From a virus, in the IMG/VR virus record IMGVR_UViG_3300025141_000047, positions 1-64,000 of that record: DNA of 64,000 bases; one strand, written 5' to 3'. Under the pieces are notes generated by a model. That model saw nothing but the letters and a program-made list of their open reading frames with translations. It did no database searches and had not been told where the DNA came from. Below are positions 9,200 through 18,934 of this stretch, piece by piece. Position numbers and translations under genes: made by a program. The stretch's first letter is position 1; every line of letters starts with the position of its first letter.

Positions 9200-9465
9200 T
9201 GGTTTCAGTCAAAGTCGGCAGCCAAATCACGATTACTTCTGGCGACATGGAAGACATATTCCGTGTTCGAGGTCAATTGATTGACGATTACAAAATCTCT
9301 TTTGATACAGGAAAAGGATCAAAAGGGTATGATTGGTTCCTGGATTGGTCGCTACAACACAGTGATGAGATTTCAAGAGATGAGGCGATAACTCATATCA
9401 AGAAACGTCTTGATGAGGCCAAACTTGAATACGATGTGTTGGTTAAGACATATACGGATGATTGA
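9199..9465 (+). CDS. hypothetical protein
   Basis: GGAGGG RBS; ATG overlaps the upstream stop. Confidence 0.65.
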   Translation: MVSVKVGSQITITSGDMEDIFRVRGQLIDDYKISFDTGKGSKGYDWFLDWSLQHSDEISRDEAITHIKKRLDEAKLEYDVLVKTYTDD

Positions 9466-10438
9466 TACTATGGATGAGAAGATCGGTTTGGTTTGTTTTT
9501 CAGGCGGCAAGGATAGCACCGCTATGTTGCTGCGTATGCTGGAATTAAACGACCCCGATATGCCCGTCAATCGAATTGTCTTTGCTGATACAGGATTTGA
9601 GTTCCCTGAATTGCTTGAATACATGGATATGGTGATGAAATATATTAACATCAAATATCCTGAAAAGAACCTCAAACTTGAGATGGTCGGTTCCCCTAAG
9701 ACATGGGATGAATGGTTCTATGGTGTTATGAAGCGTGGAAACAACAAAGGAAAACAACGTGGCGCACCTCTTAGAGCATATCCTTGCTACTGGGCAAGAG
9801 AAGCAAAGGTTCAGCCTTTGCAGAAAGTGGCTAAGGAAGCGGATATTGCATACATTGGAATTGCTGCTGATGAAGCCCACCGTGTAGGTAAAGAGGATGA
9901 TCCACGCAACGCTAAGAACAGATACCCGTTGGTTGAATGGGGCTGGACTGAGGATGATTGCATCAAGTATTTGGATAGCCTCGAAATGGTCAATGAACTC
10001 TATGTGAACTTTGACCGTTTGGGGTGCTTCCATTGCATCAAACAACCGTTGGAGTCATGGTGGAATCTATGGCGTGGCTATCCTGAGTTCTGGAAGATCG
10101 CCAAACACTGGGATAAGGAAAGCGTGAAAGTGAGTAATCATGGGCTGCGCTCAATGAAACCAGGTAAGGATGGGTATTTGCTTGAAGAACTTGAAGAACG
10201 ATTCAAACAGGGGTATAAACCTCCTTCAAAGAAAGGAAAGTTCGATTGTAATTCCTGTAAAGCCGTTGCATTTACGGCGGTTGGTCAATTGAAGTTAGAG
10301 GACTTTGACAGCGATGATGCGATAGAACGTATTGATGAGAAGTTCATTGATGAAGAACCAACCGCTTGCGAAGTATTGCTTGAGCCAGAAGAGGACATCA
10401 CCTGTGATATTGTAGGGGGGTCTTTTGATGAAAATTGA
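9458..10438 (+). CDS. PAPS reductase/adenine nucleotide alpha-hydrolase (PP-loop) family protein
   Basis: FSGGKDS PP-loop, DTGFEFPE, GIAADE, YPLVEW, RLGCFHC. Confidence 0.85.
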   Translation: MIDTMDEKIGLVCFSGGKDSTAMLLRMLELNDPDMPVNRIVFADTGFEFPELLEYMDMVMKYINIKYPEKNLKLEMVGSPKTWDEWFYGVMKRGNNKGKQRGAPLRAYPCYWAREAKVQPLQKVAKEADIAYIGIAADEAHRVGKEDDPRNAKNRYPLVEWGWTEDDCIKYLDSLEMVNELYVNFDRLGCFHCIKQPLESWWNLWRGYPEFWKIAKHWDKESVKVSNHGLRSMKPGKDGYLLEELEERFKQGYKPPSKKGKFDCNSCKAVAFTAVGQLKLEDFDSDDAIERIDEKFIDEEPTACEVLLEPEEDITCDIVGGSFDEN

Positions 10439-10982
10439 TAGATCATGGGCAATGCCAAATGCACTTACATTTTCAATCCAACCAATAACATTGTTTTTGG
10501 AGGAAGAAATCAAAGGAGAGGAATGGGCTGATCCATTCGCAAGGAATACAGATTTGGCGAAATACACAAACGATCTTAATCCCAACACCAAAGCCCAATC
10601 TAATTTGGAAGCATTGGACTTTTTGAAAACTTTTGAGAATAATTCCCTTGACGGAGTTCTTTTTGATCCCCCCTATTCCCCACGTCAAATTAAGGAGGTG
10701 TATGATGAAATAGGAATCCCTCTCCATGATACAAAAAGTTCGGTTTGGTCGAATTGGAAAAAAGAAATAGCCAGAATCGTTAAACCTGGCGGCAAAGTCA
10801 TATCATTTGGATGGAACACCTGCGGAATCGGCTTAACACTTGATTTCAAAATAGAGCGCATATTGCTTGTATGTCATGGCGGGAACCATAATGATACAAT
10901 CGTGACGCTTGAGGTAAAGGGCGATAAAGCAAATTATCCCTCAGCAAAACAAACAACATTATTTCAGGAGGGGGAGGAATGA
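10425..10982 (+). CDS. small amino-methyltransferase (m6A/m4C type)
   Basis: ADPFA motif I-like, FDPPYS motif IV, RIVKPGG. Confidence 0.75.
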   Translation: MMKIDRSWAMPNALTFSIQPITLFLEEEIKGEEWADPFARNTDLAKYTNDLNPNTKAQSNLEALDFLKTFENNSLDGVLFDPPYSPRQIKEVYDEIGIPLHDTKSSVWSNWKKEIARIVKPGGKVISFGWNTCGIGLTLDFKIERILLVCHGGNHNDTIVTLEVKGDKANYPSAKQTTLFQEGEE

Positions 10983-11998
10983 AAGTTAGACCGCCTAAGC
11001 CCAGACCGATCCCCGTAAGCGGAGATTTGTATTCAACATACGCATGGCATCCAAACATGGCCGATGATAAAATCCTCCGTGTAAGTAAATCCTCACTTGG
11101 GGCTTTCCAAACCTGCGAGCAACAGTATTTCATCAAATATGTGCTTGGAGTCAAAGAGCCTGAAAACGATAACATGATTCGAGGAACAAACGTGCATGAC
11201 GCATACGAGTTCATTATGGATCGTAGCCTTGATGTTGAACACGCAACAAAGGTGAAAGAGCAACATGGCTATGAAGGCGTAAGAGGATATTTTGAATCTC
11301 TTATCCCTCCCGCACAAATCAAGAAGGGATGGGATGATGAATATGCCCTCCCTACTGGGAACGAATACACATTGGGCGAGCCTGAACATCTATCTCGATT
11401 GATGGAAGCCGAATCAAAGCGATTCATGGGTTCAAACCCCAATGCCTTTTTGCCTGTTGGAAACGAATTGGGCGTTGATGCTATCGTTGAACTTGACATT
11501 AACGGGACAAAGGTTCAGGCTCACTTGAACGGTTTCATTGACCGCTTGTTCATGGATGATAACGGCGATTATCACGTTCATGAATTGAAAACAGGGCTGT
11601 GGAAGGATAAGAAAACTAAGTATGAGAGCATGGCAAAAGAAATGGCTTTCTATGTGTATATGCTCAGTAAATCGCAGCAACCCACGCATGGCGGAGTCAA
11701 TATCCGCTATTGGGGATGGGATCACACAAAAGGCATAGAAGGAACTCCAACCCAGATTTACAGATTTATTGAACCTGTCAAGGCAGGTATCATTTCCGAT
11801 ATGCTCACCGATCTCAAAGCCCTTGTATCGGCACACCTTCGATACAAAGGAGATTTTAACGGCAAAATGTTTGCTACAAAACCGACTGGTGCTGAGAGGT
11901 ATTTCTGTCTGCCCTGGTGCGGGGTCAAGGGTTTTTGCCCTAAGTATGAGCGACACATGATGCCGCATGAAATGAGGGATAAAGTGGAGGGGAATTGA
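10979..11998 (+). CDS. PD-(D/E)XK Cas4/AddB-like exonuclease with 4 Cys (Fe-S)
   Basis: CEQQY, RGTNVH, GFIDR, ELKTG, C-terminal CLPWC...FCP. Confidence 0.85.
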   Translation: MKVRPPKPRPIPVSGDLYSTYAWHPNMADDKILRVSKSSLGAFQTCEQQYFIKYVLGVKEPENDNMIRGTNVHDAYEFIMDRSLDVEHATKVKEQHGYEGVRGYFESLIPPAQIKKGWDDEYALPTGNEYTLGEPEHLSRLMEAESKRFMGSNPNAFLPVGNELGVDAIVELDINGTKVQAHLNGFIDRLFMDDNGDYHVHELKTGLWKDKKTKYESMAKEMAFYVYMLSKSQQPTHGGVNIRYWGWDHTKGIEGTPTQIYRFIEPVKAGIISDMLTDLKALVSAHLRYKGDFNGKMFATKPTGAERYFCLPWCGVKGFCPKYERHMMPHEMRDKVEGN

Positions 11999-11999
11999 T

Positions 12000-13241
12000 G
12001 TGCGATATGTTAGCCTATTTAGTGGAATTGAAGCCTGTTCAGTCGGATGGAAAGACCTTGACTGGAAACCTGTTGCCTTTGCAGATTTTGACGAGTTCCC
12101 CTCAGCCGTTCTCAAACATCATTATCCAGAAGTGCCGAATGCGGGAGATGTGTTGAAACATGACTGGACTCAATACAAAGGAAAATGCGAACTCATTGTC
12201 GGAGGAAGCCCCTGTCAGTCTTTCTCCCATGCTGGAAAGCGACTTGGAATGGATGATCCACGTGGCAACCTCGCCCTTCACTATCTCCGAATTGTTAGGG
12301 ACATTCAACCGAAGTGGTTCATCTATGAAAACGTGCCAGGTTTATTGTCATCAAACGGAGGGGAAGATTTTGCCTCCTTTCTCGGAGAAGTGGCGGAACT
12401 CGGGTATGGGTTCGCCTATCGAGTTCTTGACGCTCAATACTTCGGAGTTCCCCAACGACGGCGAAGAGTCTTTGTTGTCGGGTGTGCTGATGGAGATTGG
12501 CGAAGTGCCGCAGCGATTTTATTTGACAAGTCGTGCCTCATCGGGGATTCTGCGAAGGGCGGATCGGAGGGGAAAAACGCTACCCTCTTCTCTCAGGCAA
12601 GCGTTGGAGACGAGAGCAGGGGATTACCTCAGCGAAGAGGAATAGTTCATTGTGAAAAAGTCGGACCAACAATGACGAGTTCTGGTCCACCGTATTCACG
12701 GACTGGAAACGAAAGAGTTGAGCATGAAGCGTTGGTTGTGCAAAAACAAAACGCAATTGGATTTTCCCATACGCAGGGCTTAGATTGCCAACCATCAACA
12801 AATCACTTCCCAACGCTACGTGCGGAGGGCAACGGAATGGCCGTGAGCCTCCCCATACACGACAAAGCGACTCGCTTCAAAGGCGGAGGCGAAGGAAGGA
12901 ATGATGATGGCGCAAGTAATTTTCTGGGAGTAGGCAAAGAAACCGATCCAATGTATGCTTTGACCGCCAATGATAACCACATGGTCTTTCATCACATAGT
13001 TCGAAGGCTTACCCCTATTGAATGCGAGCGATTGCAGGGATTCCCTGATAACTACACGCAAGTTGCTTGGAAAGGAAAACCTGCTGAGGAATGCCCAGAC
13101 GGACACCGCTACAAGGCACTGGGCAATAGCATGGCCGTTCCAGTTATGCGATGGATTGGAGAGAGGATTGATATGTTGGATTCAGCAGACCTCTCAAAGC
13201 GGGAACGGGCAAAAACGACTCAGCAAATGACTTTGTGGTGA
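12000..13241 (+). CDS. C5-cytosine DNA methyltransferase
   Basis: SLFSGI, GGSPCQSFS, ENVPG, PQRRRRVF, RRLTPIECERLQGFP, GNSMAVP. Confidence 0.95.
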   Translation: MRYVSLFSGIEACSVGWKDLDWKPVAFADFDEFPSAVLKHHYPEVPNAGDVLKHDWTQYKGKCELIVGGSPCQSFSHAGKRLGMDDPRGNLALHYLRIVRDIQPKWFIYENVPGLLSSNGGEDFASFLGEVAELGYGFAYRVLDAQYFGVPQRRRRVFVVGCADGDWRSAAAILFDKSCLIGDSAKGGSEGKNATLFSQASVGDESRGLPQRRGIVHCEKVGPTMTSSGPPYSRTGNERVEHEALVVQKQNAIGFSHTQGLDCQPSTNHFPTLRAEGNGMAVSLPIHDKATRFKGGGEGRNDDGASNFLGVGKETDPMYALTANDNHMVFHHIVRRLTPIECERLQGFPDNYTQVAWKGKPAEECPDGHRYKALGNSMAVPVMRWIGERIDMLDSADLSKRERAKTTQQMTLW

Positions 13242-14347
13242 ATAACATGGCTCTCTTCAATCATTTCCCACGTGAAATTGACATGAGGACTCGAAAGGTT
13301 ATCACCACTGAAAAGCAATTGCAGCACTACATCAATACGACAAACGGCAAAGGAAACCTCACCACTACTGTTTATGGATTTAGGGCTTTGAAACCAAAGG
13401 GAAACCGATGCGAATACAATACTGCAATAATCCCTCACTTTGTCATGGACTTTGATGCCGATCAAGGAGTCCGTGTTCATGGGCTGGATGAAGAAGTCGC
13501 AAAGAACAAGTGTTGTGATGAGGTTTTATCCCTTTCCAAACATTTCAAATTCAAGGGCTATCGCCATGCTATTTGGTTCACAGGTGGCGGTTTCCACATT
13601 TGGACTAAACTTGACAGGGAGTATGTTTTGCCCCCTGATAAAATGGCCGACTTGTTATTTTCAGGCCGAATGAAAATCAATGAATGGGTTAAGCGATACA
13701 ACATGAAAACTCTTGACCCTGTGGTGTCCTTTCGACCAGATAGACATATACGCATCCCAAACACATACAACTTCAAACGCCAAATTTGGGGCATTCCGAT
13801 TCAACATGAGGATTTAGCGCAGGGTTGGGATTTCATCGTTGAGAAAGCCAAAGAACCGAAACCTGGAATGCACCTTTATGATGGGCGAGGAATGGGACTT
13901 GAAATTATTGAACGTGATTCTGTGGATATGTTCAAGGGGCGATATAATGCCGATACAAGGACATTTGAAATGGAGGACTTGAACATTGACATTGAAAGAA
14001 TCAACAACATACCCATGCTTCCCTGCTTGGCTCAAGCCGCTTGCGAAAAGGGCGGCAATCCACCGCATAAGCCACGATCTTATCTCATGATGTATCTAAT
14101 GGATTATTTCAGGAACTTCGCCAGACCTGCAAGAGAGGCTAAAGTTCCCAATAGTGAAGTCCTAACACTTACTCACGCATTCATACGTTCTTTAGAATGG
14201 TCGGATTACAGCCCTAAAGAAACATCAAAATACCTTCAACATGGTGTTGATCGGTATTACTTGACTCCAACTTGTCCTACGATATATCATGAAGGATTGT
14301 GTGTCGGCAAGTGTCCGTATTATGATGAGAAGGGGGCAACCCCATGA
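13235..14347 (+). CDS. archaeo-eukaryotic primase, PriS-PriL(C-terminal Fe-S) fusion
   Basis: MDFD, FTGGGFH, RHIRIPNT catalytic motifs; LPCL...PTCPTI...LCVGKC PriL-like Cys cluster. Confidence 0.85.
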   Translation: MVNNMALFNHFPREIDMRTRKVITTEKQLQHYINTTNGKGNLTTTVYGFRALKPKGNRCEYNTAIIPHFVMDFDADQGVRVHGLDEEVAKNKCCDEVLSLSKHFKFKGYRHAIWFTGGGFHIWTKLDREYVLPPDKMADLLFSGRMKINEWVKRYNMKTLDPVVSFRPDRHIRIPNTYNFKRQIWGIPIQHEDLAQGWDFIVEKAKEPKPGMHLYDGRGMGLEIIERDSVDMFKGRYNADTRTFEMEDLNIDIERINNIPMLPCLAQAACEKGGNPPHKPRSYLMMYLMDYFRNFARPAREAKVPNSEVLTLTHAFIRSLEWSDYSPKETSKYLQHGVDRYYLTPTCPTIYHEGLCVGKCPYYDEKGATP

Positions 14348-15627
14348 AATACAAGTTGCTTCATGGTGATTGCCTCAAGAAAATGGCCGAGATGGATGAC
14401 AATTCCGTTCACGCCATCGTCACCGATCCACCATACGGGCTTTCATTCATGTCAAAGAAATGGGACTACGATGTGCCTTCTGTTAAAATTTGGAGGGAAA
14501 CATTTAGAGTTCTCAAACCAGGAGGATTCCTTCTTTCATTTGCTGGCTCTCGCACCTATCATCGCATGGCGGTGAACATTGAGGATGCAGGTTTTGAAAT
14601 CCGTGACCAAATCATGTGGGTCTATGGTTCGGGCTTCCCTAAGTCGCATAACATCAGCAAGGCGATAGACAAGGCCGCAGGTGTGGAAAGGACAGAAGTT
14701 ATAGGCACACGGCATCGGAATGTCAAACCTTTCAATGACGAGGAAGGTTGGAACAAAAATAATACTCAAGGAGATTATGAATACAAAGCACCAGCAACCA
14801 AAGAAGCAAAACAATGGGATGGTTGGGGTTCAGCCCTCAAACCTGCCCATGAGCCTATCGTGGTCGCCCGTAAGCCTCTCATCGGAACTATCGTTGAGAA
14901 TGTGCTTGAGCATGGGACTGGCGGCTTAAACATTGACGTTTGCCGCATTGAACATAACGACCCTATGATAACTCGAAAAGACTTTGATAGCAACACAGGA
15001 GAGATTTTTCAAAGGGCTAAGGGCGATGAAGCAGGTCCAAGTGCAAAGGGTCGCTTCCCTGCTAATTTCATTCACGATGGATCGGATGAAGTCGTGAGCC
15101 AGTTCCCTGATACGAAAGGCGCAACAAGTCGCACAGATACTACTTCAACAGGAATGTTTGCGGGAGGGGATGCTGGAACTGTATATCCTGATTCTGGTTC
15201 CGCCGCACGATTCTTTTACTGCGCTAAAGCAAGCAAAGCCGAGAGAAACATAGGTCTTGAACACCTCCCTAATGTTGAGCGCACTGATTACGGCGGCTTC
15301 CACAGCGAAGAAGGACTCATCAACAACGGGAGAAACCCTGAGAATAGGGAACTGATGAAGAACCCTCATCCAACGGTAAAGCCTGTCAATTTAATGAAGT
15401 ATTTGTGCCGTCTTGTGACTCCTAAAAATGGAATAGTCCTTGATCCGTTTATGGGTTCGGGAACAACAGGAATTGCTGCAACACAAGAAGGTTTCAACTT
15501 TGTTGGTATTGAAATGGATGACGAATATATCAAAATCGCAAATTATCGAATCTCACATTGGGTGGAAGAAAAGCAAGAACTCATTTTAGAACAAAGACGA
15601 CAAAAGACATTATTTCAAGACTGGTGA
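14344..15627 (+). CDS. beta-class N4-C/N6-A DNA methyltransferase
   Basis: VTDPPY N-terminal; HPTVKP and DPFMGSGTT C-terminal. Confidence 0.92.
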   Translation: MKYKLLHGDCLKKMAEMDDNSVHAIVTDPPYGLSFMSKKWDYDVPSVKIWRETFRVLKPGGFLLSFAGSRTYHRMAVNIEDAGFEIRDQIMWVYGSGFPKSHNISKAIDKAAGVERTEVIGTRHRNVKPFNDEEGWNKNNTQGDYEYKAPATKEAKQWDGWGSALKPAHEPIVVARKPLIGTIVENVLEHGTGGLNIDVCRIEHNDPMITRKDFDSNTGEIFQRAKGDEAGPSAKGRFPANFIHDGSDEVVSQFPDTKGATSRTDTTSTGMFAGGDAGTVYPDSGSAARFFYCAKASKAERNIGLEHLPNVERTDYGGFHSEEGLINNGRNPENRELMKNPHPTVKPVNLMKYLCRLVTPKNGIVLDPFMGSGTTGIAATQEGFNFVGIEMDDEYIKIANYRISHWVEEKQELILEQRRQKTLFQDW

Positions 15628-15631
15628 TTAT

Positions 15632-15889
15632 ATGACAGAAGAAAAAGAATTAGAAGAGATACGAAAAAAGAAAGCCGAAGAAATGCTACAAGCCCACCAT
15701 AAGGGCGAAGCACCGCCAGAAGTGTTGGACTGGTCATTCCGTCGAAACAACAAAACAGGTTTCTTTGAAATCTGTCAAAAAGAAAACATGGTTGCGATCA
15801 CGCAAGACCCCAACTGGGCTTCTTTGGTCGTTGATATGCTAAACAGCCTTACATTGGCGCAACAGGTGGTTCAAAATGACGAAAACTGA
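15632..15889 (+). CDS. hypothetical protein
   Basis: GGTGA RBS; N-terminal ELEEIRKKK helix. Confidence 0.65.
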   Translation: MTEEKELEEIRKKKAEEMLQAHHKGEAPPEVLDWSFRRNNKTGFFEICQKENMVAITQDPNWASLVVDMLNSLTLAQQVVQNDEN

Positions 15890-16589
15890 ACGCATCCTTT
15901 TCATTGACAATCGAGAACGTTCTGGCCTTGAAGGTCTTGTAATCAAGTATTGTGATAAAAATAAACTCAAATATGAAGTTCGCCAAACAATAATCACGGA
16001 TTATTCATTTGCTGATGTAGGGATAGAGGCAAAATCAATTGATGATTACATGAGCAGTATGTATTCAGGGCATCTGGAAAGACAACTACAAAACCTTGAA
16101 GACAATTATACAAATCCAATTCTTTTGATTCATGGAACGCTTGATCAGTATGTCACTAAATCCGCAAAGAGGGGGCGAAAAATACGATTCATTACAGCAT
16201 TTGCATCATTTACTGGCTCGCTCGCTCGTTATCATACCGACTTTGATGTTTCAATTTTGATTTTCCCTGATAAATCAACAGCAGCACGTTTCATCTGTAA
16301 GCGTTTTGAGAAGCATGGAACGCTCGGCTCATCATCAACATATAAATTGCTTAGAAAGACCGCTACTGAGGATATGAGAATTGACATTTTACAAGGGGCG
16401 GGATGCAGCGTAGCAATCGCAAAGCGACTCCTTGAACAATATGGCTCTATCGTTGAAATATCATCCTTAACGGCCAAAGAACTGCAAGCGGTTGAAGGAA
16501 TCGGCAAGGTTAGAGCAAAGAGAATCGTTGATGCTTTCAACAGCGAAGAACCGATTGCACAAGAGAAAGTGAAGATGTCAAGGGCTTGA
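15876..16589 (+). CDS. ERCC4/XPF (Hef-like) structure-specific nuclease with (HhH)2
   Basis: IDNRE, DY...IEAKSIDD, VEGIGKVRA. Confidence 0.88.
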   Translation: MTKTERILFIDNRERSGLEGLVIKYCDKNKLKYEVRQTIITDYSFADVGIEAKSIDDYMSSMYSGHLERQLQNLEDNYTNPILLIHGTLDQYVTKSAKRGRKIRFITAFASFTGSLARYHTDFDVSILIFPDKSTAARFICKRFEKHGTLGSSSTYKLLRKTATEDMRIDILQGAGCSVAIAKRLLEQYGSIVEISSLTAKELQAVEGIGKVRAKRIVDAFNSEEPIAQEKVKMSRA

Positions 16590-16595
16590 TTTAGT

Positions 16596-16608
16596 GAGGC
16601 TTCATATA
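16596..16608 (+). promoter_or_regulatory. putative TATA-box promoter (GAGGCTTCATATA)
   Basis: Intergenic; GAGGC prefix as at 2435; TTCATATA also precedes the protease gene. Confidence 0.45.
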
Positions 16609-16657
16609 CCCTACTTGCGGTGGATAGAGATGCCCAAAGAACAACAGGAGGAATAAC

Positions 16658-18109
16658 ATGATATTGAAACCCACATCGGACTCAGGAGATCGCAAATGGT
16701 TTGACTACTCGCTTGTCAAAACACCACATGAAGGAAGTAAATACATCAAAGAATACATTGAACGATTCAATACGGTTTCTTTCTTCAACGAGTTCGCAGG
16801 TTTGCTTTCTTTGTTTTATGTCGTAGGTCAAGTAATTTCACCTTATGTGCGTGTTCCAATTCATGGGACTCACCTCGATACAAGGGTTCACGTCTATTGG
16901 ATTCAACAATCCAGAACGGGTAAATCAGCAGCCTATGAGTTCACCAAGCAATTGCTTGATGCTTGCGATGTTGAAAGTGCTAAATTCACATCTGGTTCGG
17001 ATGCGGGGTTGTTGGGACACGTTGATGCTGAACCCGAATATGATGAAGCAGGGAAGCCAACTGGAAAGACAACCTATGTAGTCACCAAAGGTTTGCTAAA
17101 TGGCTACAAAACACTTCTATTTGATGAAGCAAGTGTTTTGCTTGATGATAAAAAGTCATATTTTTCCGAGAAAATCCTGTATTTACAAGAAGCGATGGCT
17201 CCCATTGGATCGGCCACAAACAATTTGGCTAAGGTTTTGAAAGGGGCTGATATTCAAGTGACATCTGGCGTTTCTATATGGGCGACCACTTTTCCTCCAA
17301 AGGACATTATGCACCATGTATTGGAAAAGGGATTCTTCCAGCGTGTATTCCTATATCAAAATGATGTAGGACAAGAACTACGGCAAACCACCAGTGAACA
17401 CCGACTTCAAGGGACTTATGTTCCTGTTCCAGAAAAGGTATGGGGATATGATGCGTTGGCCGCATTTATTCTTGAAAAGAAAGACGAAGTGCGAACACGC
17501 CTATTGAAAGCCGCACGTATGAGCCTCGAAGAATGGGATGCGTTAGAGGATTTTGAAAGGGACAAAATAGCCAATAACTATTGTTATGACATATTTACTG
17601 TTGATGAATCATACCACGCAGCATTGTTGAATGCGACCACAGATTACTACGAACTTGTTAATCAAATACACGACCCAAACGTTAAGGAAACGGCAACATC
17701 GTTTATTCCTAACATTGAAAATTATACCATCACTTTTGGAAACATCATCGCAACAATCATGGGTTCAACGGTGATTACCGCCGATCACATTATGATGGCG
17801 ACTGAGATTATCTATGACAACTTGCACAACCTGGTGATATGGCTTGAACAGAAACAGGATTTCAAAGCAAAGAAAAAGCGAGATGCGTCGTTGCACGAAT
17901 GGAAAGTCGCATACAACAAATGCAAGAAAATGGCGCATTCACGTTCAAAGCGAGAATGTGTTCCAAAGAAGGAATTGGAAAGTGTTTATGCGGTCAATCA
18001 AGGAGTTAGCAAGAAAACGGCTGAAAGAAGGTTGAAGAAACTCACAGATTCCCCCGATGCCGACAGGCTCATGGATGGCCGCAACGCATTCATTACATTC
18101 AACTGGTGA
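16658..18109 (+). CDS. MCM-like AAA+ replicative helicase (short N-terminus)
   Basis: Walker A SRTGKS, SDAGLLG, Walker B LLFDEA, LQEAM, Arg finger FFQR, winged-helix-like C-terminus. Confidence 0.75.
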   Translation: MILKPTSDSGDRKWFDYSLVKTPHEGSKYIKEYIERFNTVSFFNEFAGLLSLFYVVGQVISPYVRVPIHGTHLDTRVHVYWIQQSRTGKSAAYEFTKQLLDACDVESAKFTSGSDAGLLGHVDAEPEYDEAGKPTGKTTYVVTKGLLNGYKTLLFDEASVLLDDKKSYFSEKILYLQEAMAPIGSATNNLAKVLKGADIQVTSGVSIWATTFPPKDIMHHVLEKGFFQRVFLYQNDVGQELRQTTSEHRLQGTYVPVPEKVWGYDALAAFILEKKDEVRTRLLKAARMSLEEWDALEDFERDKIANNYCYDIFTVDESYHAALLNATTDYYELVNQIHDPNVKETATSFIPNIENYTITFGNIIATIMGSTVITADHIMMATEIIYDNLHNLVIWLEQKQDFKAKKKRDASLHEWKVAYNKCKKMAHSRSKRECVPKKELESVYAVNQGVSKKTAERRLKKLTDSPDADRLMDGRNAFITFNW

Positions 18110-18113
18110 TAGC

Positions 18114-18758
18114 ATGAAGCGAAAAGTGAAAATGTTCCTGAAAGAAAATGACATTTTACCAATAGCGGTATTTTCATCAACGGATGCTTCATCCTTAGAA
18201 ACAGGATATTCCGATCCCAGTAAATTCTCACTTGACATGGTTATGATTTACAAAGACAATTATTTTCATGCGTTCTCGTTGGGTGAAGATCAGCAATATG
18301 TGGTTCAAGAGCAGCGAATCAAAGGGCATCACCTTCTTGCTTTGCCCGATTTTATCAAGGGCATGACTTTATGTGGCTATGACCTTGATTTCATCATTAA
18401 ACTACTTGATTTGAATTGCCGCCCTGATGAGGGATTTGAGGCATGGGGGAACCCGAACCCAATAGACATTTCAAAGACATTAAGAGATTTGACAGGAAAA
18501 CGCTACAATCTATTTAATTTGGCTTTCTGGAATGCTTGCGATGATATGTCCCGACTTTCCGAAGTATTCCAGTTGCACCGATTGAAAATTATAACTGATT
18601 GGTTTAATGGTTCAAGACGAAACATTATTCGTAAATTGAGAACTGATGTGAAGTGGATTTCGCAACTGGTCTATCGAATGCAAAAGCATAAATCAATTAT
18701 TGTTAAGGATGAAAACGGCGATTGGGAAAAATTGAGTCTGGTGGCGGAAGAGGAATGA
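18114..18758 (+). CDS. RNase H-like/DnaQ(YprB)-like protein, probably degenerate
   Basis: LCGYDLDF, DISKTL...YNLFNLA, RTDVKW; ExoI DxE not evident. Confidence 0.4.
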   Translation: MKRKVKMFLKENDILPIAVFSSTDASSLETGYSDPSKFSLDMVMIYKDNYFHAFSLGEDQQYVVQEQRIKGHHLLALPDFIKGMTLCGYDLDFIIKLLDLNCRPDEGFEAWGNPNPIDISKTLRDLTGKRYNLFNLAFWNACDDMSRLSEVFQLHRLKIITDWFNGSRRNIIRKLRTDVKWISQLVYRMQKHKSIIVKDENGDWEKLSLVAEEE

Positions 18759-18934
18759 AAGAGTATCGTGATCAAGTAATGCAAACCTGTTCAGGTTGCG
18801 ATACCGATGTGTTGGCGATTCGCATAAACGGGTTTTATGCGGGGAGTCGTGATAGAATCTTTTTATGGGAATGCCCTATGTGTAAATTCATCTGGCGCAA
18901 GCCAAAACCAATAGTGGTGAATGAAAATGACTAA
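18755..18934 (+). CDS. Zn-ribbon protein
   Basis: CSGC...WECPMC. Confidence 0.7.
   Translation: MKEYRDQVMQTCSGCDTDVLAIRINGFYAGSRDRIFLWECPMCKFIWRKPKPIVVNEND

Noticed and set aside
9458-10438. cysH auxiliary metabolic gene or Dnd phosphorothioation system
   Set aside because: No other sulfate-assimilation or dnd genes. Context is DNA modification/replication, so only the family is called.
10979-11998. Cas4-like gene as evidence of a CRISPR-Cas system
   Set aside because: No repeat-spacer array or other cas genes seen. Solo Cas4/AddB-like nucleases are common in archaeal virus recombination modules.
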